From the NCBI GenBank assembly GCA_965112735.1, contig OZ218959.1, forward strand, positions 2,108,001 to 2,172,000: a stretch of DNA of 64,000 nt. The letters run 5' to 3'. Origin of the DNA: Phaeosaccion multiseriatum (taxonomy: Eukaryota; Protista; Ochrophyta, other classes). The notes under the pieces were generated by a model, which saw only the letters and a list, made by a program, of their open reading frames with translations, was not told the origin of the DNA and did no database searches. Positions 54,337 through 64,000 of this stretch are shown here, piece after piece. The first letter of the stretch is position 1. The number at the start of each line of letters is the position of its first letter. The translations under genes were made by a program, and so were the position numbers.

Positions 54337-56246
54337 TCTCTCTCTCTCGCTCTTGTGGATCCTTTCAAGCGTCACCGGCCAACCCTGCTGGGGCCTGCTT
54401 TATTCTCCGCACCTGCTGCCTTTCCGTCACCACACCGCCTCACCACGGCTATTCCCACCACCCCTCCTCTCCCTCCCCTCCCTACTGCTGCTCCACCCCC
54501 ATCAGGGACGTGCTGAAAGAGAGCCTCAACTTGATGATGCCACATGACGCACACGAGATCATCGCCAGGAGGGAGGGGCCTGTGCAGATTGGCATCACGC
54601 GCGTCTTCCCCTGGCCCACAGGCAAGCTCATCGAAGACTTCAAGAGCAAGGAGGACTTGATCGAAGTGCTGTGCGGGTCATGTGCAGTGCCCTTTTGGCT
54701 CACAAGGGTACGTTAAGTGTGTTCAAGTCAACTGAGTGCCTGACTAATTGAGTGACTGAGGGAGGGAGTGAGTGTGTGGCCATCAACGTCGGCAAAGCAG
54801 AAATGTACATCGTTGTGCACATACTAGCTTAGCATACGCGCAGGGCTACTTGCTCCGCATCTGCTTGCCTGCTGCTGTGCCGTTCTGTGCTCTGCGGATG
54901 GATGTGTGCGCAGCGTACTTCCCTCTTTTTGCATACGTTTTGTGCGTGCGTGTGTACGTGCGTGCATGCGTGTGCGTGAATGTCAAAGACTGATCCTACC
55001 CTGCCCTACCCTACCCTTCCCTTCCCTTCCCTACCCTGCCCTACCCCACCCTGCCCTACCCTACCCTGCCCTACCCTACCCTGCCCTACCCTACCCTACC
55101 CTACCCTACCCCACCCTGCCCCACCCTGCCCTACCCTACCCTACCCTGCCCTACCTTACCCTACCCTACCCTACCCTACCCTACCCTACCCTACCCTGCC
55201 CTACCCTACCCTACCCTACCCTGCCCTATCCTACCCTACACTACCCTGCCCTATCCTACCCTGCCCTACCCTACCCTTCCCTACCCTGCCCTACCCTACC
55301 CTACCCTACCCTACCCTGCCCTACCCTACCCTACCCTACCCTGCCCTACCCTGCCCTACCCTACCCTACCCTACCCTACCCTACTCTACCCTACTCTACC
55401 CTACCCTACCCTACCCTACCCTACCCTACCCTACCCTACCCTTCTCTACTCTACCCTACCCTACCCTACCCTACCCAACCCTACCCTACCCTACCCTACC
55501 CTACCCTACCCTACCCTACCCTACCCTACCCTACCCCACCCGACCAACAGTGGCCTTGGGTCATCGTGCGCTCCTGGCCCGCTATCGACGGCTTTTTCGG
55601 GGTCAAAAGGGAGCATTTCGGGGCCCCGGACCTCGACTCTGCCCATCGAACCGTTCGGATCACGCCCTTTCCGGGCAAAGCGCTTCGCATTGAGGGGGCA
55701 GGCTCAGCAAGCCTCATCGGTCCCACGGTGAGGGTGAGGGAGAGATCGGGGTGAGGGTGAGGGTGAGGGAGAGATAGTACTGACCTTTTTCTCCTCTGAT
55801 CTGATCTCTCTCTCTCTCCCTCGCTTGTCTTAAGTTGTCCTTCCCTCTGCCCCCCTTAAATCCTCGCCCCCCCCCCCCCTCTTTGATTGCCATACTGATT
55901 GATTGATTGATTGATTGCCATTGCTTTTTGCCTCCCCCCGCCCCCCCCTGTTCCTCATCCCCCTGTGGGCCCGAAGCTGGACGACCAAGACCCTCTACGG
56001 AAGGAAAACCTAAGCCGTCTCATGAACGCCGCCCTCAATCCCGGCTCGAGCGAAGAAATGTACCGCCTCTTCGACGACGGCTATCAAGAGGGTCTAAGGT
56101 GGTACGGTGAACACGGGGAGGACGTGCTAAGAGACGCACAGCAAGCAGCAGACCAAGCGGCGGCGGCGGCGGCGGCAGCGACAGGTGTGGCAGTTGGTGA
56201 TACAGCAGCAGCAGCAGCAGCAGGCGCATCGGTAGCAGCACGGTAA
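53483..56246 (+). CDS. Patatin-like phospholipase/lipase (~371 aa), probably plastid-targeted
   Basis: Exons 53483-53763, 53898-53991, 54135-54226, 54506-54707, 55551-55727, 55977-56246 (1,116 nt). FSFTPGGLLFPY oxyanion region, GASAG nucleophile elbow, SCAVPF, catalytic IDGFF. Signal peptide ending VAA|F. Confidence 0.88.
54995..55535. repeat. (CCCTA)n pentanucleotide array, intronic
   Basis: ~540 bp with CCCTG variants inside patatin intron 4. Confidence 0.95.
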
Positions 56247-56990
56247 TGCGACGTAAGACAGAACAGCGTAGAGGAGCAGGAGGAGCAGCAGCACAAGCAG
56301 CCGAAGCAAACGAGGGGCAAAGCATGGAGGATATATTGTAGAGGCCGTATCGATGTCTTCTCGTTATGTACAACCGAGTAAGTGATCGGAACGGTTTCGA
56401 ACGCAAGCATGGAAGCAGTGGGCAAAGTAAGGCTGTAACGCCAAGGTGGCGGCAGCGGGGAGGTAGTCGCGCACTCCGCCCTTCCCTTTGACCGAATGAG
56501 GAGCAGCCTCAGCCTCCAGTAGTTCATGTTGGTCTCCGCTACTGTCCGTCGTTGTCTGTGGGTGCTGACGAGGACGGAAGGGGTCTGCCTGCCTTTGAGA
56601 AAAAAGGGAAAGTCTGAAACTGTGGCTTCCTCCCGAGATGGCTGGTTTCAGTTTGTTTTTCAGTTTTCTGTTTCAGAGTAGAGGCCATGGCTGTTGGTGT
56701 AGCAAGCAAACAAACCGGAGGAAGCATAGCAGTGCATACACCCTTCTGCCCAAATACTCATTCTACCACCAGTTTGACAACAACAGTCTAGCAGCAACAG
56801 CTAAGCAACAGTAGCGGCGGCAGCGACCAACTTGGGAAACTAGGGAGCTCCACAGCCGATCAAGGGCGGACTACTCGACTCCCTCCACCCCCCTCGCCGG
56901 TCTCTCGGGTAGGGGGGGGAAGGGGTGTCTGCCGATCCTTAGGCCTCCAGCTCCTCGGGCAGCGAGGGCGGTGGGAAGGTTACTAGGCAG

Positions 56991-57615
56991 TCAAGAGATG
57001 AGAAAGCCTGGCACAATCTTGACCGGTCCTGGCGGAGGAGCGGCAGCAGCAGTGGCAGCAGCAGCAGCAGCAGCAGCAGTAGCAGGAGAGGCATGTGCTG
57101 GGCGGTGGGGTGGAGAGAGAGGAGGGTCGAGGAGAGAGGGAGGAGGGCGGTGGGTGGGGGTGAGTCGGGCGGAGTGTGCAGCACTTTGGCCTCCCAGACA
57201 AGATAAATAGACAGATAGATTGCTGAATAGTAGGACGGAACGATGATTGATAGAAGGGTGGGCGACAGGAAGGGACGGACGAGTTGATCGGTCAAAAAAA
57301 TTCAAATTTCACCTCCATCAACCAATCAATCAACCAAACAGCTCACTCAACTCTTACCTGCGGGCCTGAATTGCGCGTTGGAGCGGTGCTGCTGCTGTCG
57401 TTGTTGTTGTTGTTGTTGTTGGTGGTGGTGTTGGTGGTGGTCGTGGTGGTGCTTCTCTTGCTGTCTGCGCTGCTTCCCCCGGTTGTGGTGATCCTCTCCT
57501 CTCCCGCCCTGAGAGGGCGAACCCTTCGAAACTGGGGGGGAACCGCGGGCATGCATCCCGTTCTTGTTCCTCTTTTTGTCTTTCTTGTCCTTCTTCTTCT
57601 TGCTGTTGTTGTTGC

Positions 57616-57651
<36 letters not shown>

Positions 57652-59666
57652 GGTTGTTGTTTTTGTTTTTGTTTTTGTTGTTGTTGTTGCTGCTCTTGTG
57701 ATTCAGCGGCGGGTGCCCCCTTTTCTCCTTCACGCAGCCGCCTCCAAAACCACTTCCCGCCGGCCGCCTGCCACCCCTCTCGTCAACAGGAAGGAAGGAA
57801 TGCCCCGAGGAGGCAGCAGCTCTCCCAACCCCACCTCCGCCACCTCCATGAGTGCCCACCCCCCCCGCCTCCTCCCCCATCACCGGCCGAGAGGCGGCAG
57901 GAGAAGAGGTCGAAGACGAATGAGAGCTCCGCGACGCTCCAAACGATCGAGTGGCATCTGCACCAGTGAGAGCTGCACCAGTGAGACCTGCACCAGTGGG
58001 ACCTGCACCAGTGGCGTCTGCACCAGTGGGACCTGCAGTACCCGAGACGTTGAGAAGCGGCGCATTCCCGCTGCCACCACTGCTGCTGCCGCTTTGTCTC
58101 CCCTGGAAGGGTTTGGCAGTGCCGTCACCCACCCGCCCATCCCCGCTCTCGTCACCACCCGTGTCCATATGCCCGCCGTGCTCAGCCTTGGGTACAACTA
58201 ATGAGACGGGTCTCGTTGCCCACCCCCCTGCTTTCCCTGCTTGGGTCGCCCCTGCTAGCCCTGCTTGGGTCGCTGCTACTGCTACCGCGGTCTCTCGCGC
58301 AGGGGGCTCTCCCCTGGCACGCCATTCCGCTTGCTGAAGTGTGCTGGCCCGACCGGGACCCTGACCCTGACCCTGGCCCTGACCCTGAGCTTGACCCTGA
58401 CCCTGACCCTGACCCTGACCCTGGCCCTGACCCTGACCCTGACCCTGACGCTGACCCTGACCCTGACCCTGACCCTGACCCTTGCCCCGACCCACGTCGA
58501 CGCCGGAGTCATTGTTCCTTACTCTATCCCCTCTGCTGCTGCCACTGCTGCCACTGCTGCCGCTGTTGCTGCTGCTGCTGCTGGCGGTAGTGGTGTTACT
58601 ATTTACATCATTTACACCATTCTTCCCCACCCAAGGGCGCGAGGCTCTCAGCGGTAGTGCCGCTGCTGCCGCTGCTGCCGCTGCTGCTGCTGCTGCTGGT
58701 CCGGCATGTACTGCTCGCTGGCTTTGTTGGCTTTGTTGGCTTTGTTGGCTTTGTTGGCGTTGTTGGCGTGGTTGCGGTTGCGGACGGAGAGCCTCAGATG
58801 GGATGGATTGCAGCGTTTGGGTCCTCGGCCTGTCCTCCCCCCACGGCTTGACCTGCAGGGAGCTGATCAGGCGCCTCGCTGTCTGCTGCTGCTGCTGCTG
58901 CTGCTGCTGCCGCTGCTGCGGAGGGGGCATGTGGCTGGAGAAGGTATCGCTAGCACTAGCACCACCACCACCACGACCTCCTCCTCCTCCTCCTCCTCCT
59001 TCTCCCTGCTCCTGCCGCCCTCTTCCTGAAATCACCTCCTCCACCTCGCACGCCATCAAGGCCTCTGCAACCCTCCTCCTCCTCCCCGCAGGCAGGAGCG
59101 CTCTCCGCAAGAGCTCGTCACCGCTCGCCTCTACTTGCAAGGCCACCGCCGTTCTTCGTTCCTCGGCCTCCTCTTTCTCGTTGCCGCTACTGTTGTTGCT
59201 GTTGCCAGTGGTGGTGGTGGTGGAAGGAGTTGTTGCTGATGAGGAGGAGGAGCTGTGGCCTGAGTCAGGCCGGTCCGACATCTGCAAGCGTGTGTCCCTG
59301 TAGAGAGAGAGGCCGAGGCAGAGGCCGAGGCAGGGGGCGGAGACGGGTAGGACCACGCGCAGTATGTGAACTGTGTGAGCAGAGCAGAGAAGACTGACAG
59401 TAAGGCAGGGAAGAAGAGAGCAAGTAGAGGGCAGAGCAGGGCAGATAGCGGGTAGCAATCCACAGAGAGCCTACTACTCACTTCTTCTTGAAGCGCGTTT
59501 TCCCTTGCCGCCCATCGACCACGGTCTTGGCGAGGCCGATCTTATAGCCCTGCAAGCGGTATACTGCACGTTGATTGAAGAAGGACGGGGGGGGGGGCAC
59601 AGCGGGGACGGAGTCGGCCAATCCGACATGAGACAGAGGAGAAATAGAGGGAGGGAGGGAGGGAGG

Positions 59667-59726
<60 letters not shown>

Positions 59727-59762
59727 AGAAAGACTGAGAGAGAGAGAGAAGAGAGGGAGACT

Positions 59763-59836
<74 letters not shown>

Positions 59837-59895
59837 AGGGAGACTGAGAGAGAGAGAGAGAGAGTGAGAGAGAGAGAGAGAAAGAGAGAGAGAGG

Positions 59896-59927
<32 letters not shown>

Positions 59928-62298
59928 GAGAGAGAAGAGAGGGAGACTGAGAGAGCATGTGCAGGAGAGAGAGAGAGCATGGGGCACCACACGCAACGAC
60001 ACCCATCCCCCTATCCTTGTGAGCATATATACCTGAAGCTTCCAGGGTGTTGTCAGAGATGAAGCGGTAGATGAAGACAGGCTTCGTCTGACCGTAGCGA
60101 TACACGCGTGTCGACGCCTCGACATCATAGCTCGGGTTGATTGACGGGTCAAAGAGCACAACCCTCGAAGCCGCCGTCAGGCAAATACCCTCCCCCCCTG
60201 CCTTCGTCGAGATGAGGAAGACACTCAGCTCCTTGCACGAGGTCGCCGAGAACTTGTCGATCATTGCTTGACGCTCCACCGCAGAGTGAGAGCCGTCAAA
60301 CCTGCAAAAGGTAAAAGGGGAAGCTGGCTCCCTTGTCGGCCCTCCTCCTCCTCCTCCTCCTCCTCCTCGGCCTCCTCCCCTTCCTCCGCGACCTCCGCCT
60401 CCTCCTCCTCCTCCTCTTCCTCCTCTCCTTCCTCCTCCTCGTCCGCCTCGTGCCCACCTCTCCTCCTCCCGCTCTGCCTGCTTCTCCTCCTCCTCCTCCT
60501 CCTCCTCCTCCTCCTCTTCCGAAGATGCCAACCCCCGGTGTGGAGGCTGCTGCAAGACCCTACCCACAAAATCCAAAGAGGACAGGCTCTGACTGAACAC
60601 GACCGTCTTCTCCCCAGCGTCTCGGAACTGAACAAGCAGCGCCACCAACACCTGCAGCTTCGCCGAGAGCGATATGTCAATATACTCCCCACCACCACAA
60701 CCACCACCACCACCACCCCCACCACCACCACTACTGTCACCGCCACCTCTGCTATTATCGTTGTGCTCCCGTGCGGCCCCCTTGGGGAGCGCCCCCTCAT
60801 CCTCCATGGCTGAATACTCGGCCTGCACACTCTCCATCCACGCCCCGTGATCTGCAATGTCCTCTCCTTCTTCTCCTCCTAGTCCTCCGCCCATTGCCTC
60901 CTCCTCCTCCTCCTCCTCCTCCTCCTCCTCCTCCTCCTCCTCCTCCTCTTCCTCCTCCTCTTCCCCTTCATCAGCCTCAGCCTCGGCGGCATGGGCATGG
61001 GCATGTTGAGCGTGTTGGGTGTGGGTACCGTCGTCGCCAATGCTCTTTCTTCGGCGTCTTCGCTGCTGTCTATGCTTGTCATTCGCCTTCCCCTTTCTCT
61101 CTACCCTCTTTGCAATGTACATCTTGATGAGGGTCGGATGGCAGCTGATGAGCATAGCCGGTATGAATTGGCCCAGGGTGAATGTGCTGAATCTGTTCTT
61201 CTTCCCAGCGTCGCCACTGCGGCCCGTACTGGCGCTGTCGGCGACGTTTCCTCGAGGAGTGATCCAACCCCCCTCGCCCCCTGCTGCACTCATACCACCA
61301 GCACCACCTCCTCCTCTTCCACCACCACCTCCTCCTCCTTCTCCTCCTCCTCCTCCTCCTCCTCCTCCTCCTCCTCCTCCTCCTCCTCCTTCTCCTCCCC
61401 CTCGTCTTCCTCCTCCCCCACCGCCACCACCCGTAGCATTAGCAGCAGGGCCCAGTCCAGCAGCGGCCAATCGCTCCGAGAAGGCATCGCCCAGTTCCTG
61501 CGCCCCCTTATTGGCATCTTCGAAGGCCCTGTACAGCCTCCTCTGTGCCCTTGTGAGGCTGAGGAAGAGGGTCACCTCCGTTTTGGCTTTGAGCTGCATC
61601 CTGCCTGCCGCCCCGTCCTGCTCTTCCGAGTAGGACGAGGAGATGATGTCGGACTGTTCTCGACGGAGTACGGCGTCCTGCATGCGTTTATGCAGCCAAT
61701 GGGTGGGTGTAGTATGTCAATGGGTGGGTGTAGTATGTCAAGGAAGAGAAGGGGATGGGACACACAGGCAGAGAGAAAGAGAGAGGAAGAGAGAGAGAAG
61801 GGAGGGGAAAGCGAGAGAGAGAGTACACGTCAGTAACCAATGCGGCGTCGCTCTGTCTCTGTGTCTCCTCTCAACACGAATTGAATGTCCTTTCACTCGC
61901 TGCCCACTCCCCCACGTACAATGTAGCGCAAAGGAAAGCGATAGGCACAGTTGTGTAAGTAGGGAGAAGGGTAGAGTAGGAAAGTAGGGAGAAGATGTGT
62001 GCATGTCTCTCATGTCTTGTTTCTTGTATCCATGCCGGTGTGCCGCTCTCTCCAGACACGTGCCCCCTGCCCTGTAAGGCCTGTACTAAACGTCACTCCC
62101 TCAACACTCACCTTGATCGACTCTCTCAGTGCGTCCATTCTCGCCTTGGCCACAGCGCACTCACTGTCCGTTGCGTCCCCATACACTCCTGCGCTTATGG
62201 GAGCTGCGAAGTGCGTCTCGAAGTCCGACCCTGCCCCCAGCCTCCCGGGGCACACGAAGTCGATGATGGAGTGGTACCTGAGGGAGAGGAAGCAGGTG

Positions 62299-62330
<32 letters not shown>

Positions 62331-64000
62331 TGTGAGTGTGAGTGTGCGTGTGTGCGAGCGTGGGTGTAAGTGCGTGGTAAGGGAGAGACGGGGTGGGTGA
62401 AAGAGACAAGAGAGAGAGATACAGAAGGGGGGGAGAGAGAGGAGGAGTCTTGTCCTCTCTACTCGTTTCTCGCTCGCTCTCTTACTCCTCTCCTCTCCTC
62501 TCCTCTCCTCTCCTCTCCTTGCGCCCAGACACAGCAAATGCGACGGCGACGGGTCCGTCACATCGATGGTAACTCTCCCTCCACTCACTCTCTGAGATTG
62601 TTCTGCAGAGGGTATCCCGTCAGCACGAGACGGCTTAAGGTGCTCACCCCCCGGAGCAGCTGCGAGATGCCTGTCTCCTCGTTGCGGATGCGGTGCCCTT
62701 CGTCGAGTACGACAAGGTCCGGCCCAGGCTCAAGCAGTGCTTCTCGACACAGGGCTCTGCCTTCCGTGTGCGTTGGGCCTGCCATGATGCGGAACATTCC
62801 GTACCTGGTGTCAGGGCAGGACGGGAGAGGACGAGAAAACAAGAGATGGAGAGAGAGAAAAGAGAGAAGGGAGAGGGCGAGGATAGAGCGTTCAAGGAGA
62901 GGTAGGGAGAGAGGGAGAGAGAGCATGAGAGGGATAAGAGAGAAGGACCAAGGGGCAAAGATGGTGGACAAGGAAAAACCGCATCAAGACGAGACTTACT
63001 CACTCCCCTCTCTCGGCATGCCCATCCACTCATCCCTCACTCACGTGGTCATGACCACCCCCCCGCTCTCGAGCCAAGACGCGCTCAGCGCTACTCGCTC
63101 ACTCTCGGACTTATCCGGAGTGAGCACGTAGAGAGGGGGCAGAAGCGAGGGGGGTACCCACTTTCGGAACTCCGATTCCCAATGGACGATCACCGCCTTT
63201 GGAAGAAGAATCAGGGCCCGGAACGGAGTTGTAGTGAGCCGCGGTGGGTCCCCTTCCTTCTCGTCCCCCTCCTCCACCTCCTCCTCCTCCTGCTGCTGCT
63301 GCTGCTGCTGCTGCCGCTGCTGGTGCTGTTGTCGTTGTCGTTGCAAGTAGAGCTCCTTCTCCTGTTGCTCAAGGGCGAGCTTGTTCTTCTGCCACAAGGC
63401 CAGCACAAGACTGACCACTTGAATGGTCTTACCCAGGCCCATCTCGTCGGCCAAGACGGCCCCTTGGGCAACACGCACGGCATACGACAGATGGCAGTGG
63501 AGGGGACATGGACATGGGCACGGAGAGAGAGAGGGACAGAAGAGAATGAGGGAGAGAGAGAGAACAGAAAGACTAAGAGAGAAAGACGGGGAGCGAGAGT
63601 GTAAGATAGAGAAATGTAGAGACAAGACGGAGGAGAAAAGAGAGAGACGAAGAGAAAGACAGAGAGAGAGACCGAGGAAAAGAGAGAGACTAAGACAGAA
63701 AGTTGGATAGAAAGAAAAGACAGAGGTAAAGAGAGAGCGATGTAGTGACGAAAGACGCATCCAAAGACAGGAATATGGACAGGACATTCACATAGAGAGA
63801 GATAAAAAACAGAGACGGAGACACAGACGCAGAGACGACGGCGACAAGAGACCAAAAGGCACCAAGATTGAGGGACAGAGGGGCAGGGAAAGGACAGGCC
63901 CAGGCACGCACCCTTTCCTTTCATGCCGATGCACTGCCACAGAAAGTGCACACCCTCTCTCTGATGCGGCTTGAGCCAGGCCGCCACTACTGGAGGGAGC
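56991..64000 (-). CDS. SNF2-family ATPase, ARIP4(RAD54L2)/ATRX-like, 5'-truncated by the window edge
   Basis: Exons >64000-63912, 63462-63045, 62804-62589, 62277-62112, 61677-60033, 59563-59482, 59297-57358, 57097-56991 (last exon tentative); phases are consistent. LKPHQREGV, LADEMGLGKT, VVLDEGHRIRN, LTGYPLQNNL.EY, VFSQSL, LISTKAGGEGI, RVYRYGQ.KPV.IYR. Long low-complexity C-terminus. Confidence 0.9.
58358..58481. repeat. (CCCTGA)n hexamer encoding a (GQ)n tract in the SNF2 protein
   Basis: Visible, and in frame on the minus strand. Confidence 0.85.
59647..59978. repeat. (GA)n microsatellite = (TC)n on the transcript, intronic
   Basis: Directly visible. Confidence 0.93.

Noticed and set aside
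54995-55535. True telomere or chromosome end
   Set aside because: The array is flanked on both sides by in-phase patatin exons.

Overview
Eukaryotic nuclear DNA: GC-rich, intron-dense and full of microsatellites. The ASAF-type bipartite plastid-targeting peptide points to an ochrophyte (stramenopile) alga, and the (CCCT)n/(AGGG)n-filled introns resemble eustigmatophytes (inference). Most long ORFs in the supplied track are microsatellite artefacts, so I assembled genes by hand from splice sites and checked phase at every junction. (1) 12-30564 (+): a 44-exon gene for a ~4,600-aa, probably secreted protein with ~20 bacterial-adhesin-type Ig-like repeats. A second module is repeatedly inserted inside other domains, including a triple-nested P-domain > F-type-lectin-like > insert block. 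(2) A 2-oxoglutarate/malate-type mitochondrial carrier. (3) Two tandem paralogous small membrane proteins that differ by one intron. (4) PAT1. (5) A decayed transposon-like gene whose 3' part is folded back into a ~1.3-kb hairpin. (6) A PAM2-like/SHOCT-like protein. (7) A small plastid-targeted protein. (8) An intronless bacterial-type GNAT. (9) A patatin-like lipase. (10) A 5'-truncated ARIP4/ATRX-like SNF2 ATPase. The most striking non-coding signal is intron polarity: G-rich tracts near the 5' end and complementary C-rich tracts near the 3' end, flipping with gene strand. Several introns also have perfect 10-17 bp stems, and a few motif families sit in one orientation near acceptors and in the reverse orientation near donors. 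No rRNA, tRNA or CRISPR array was seen.
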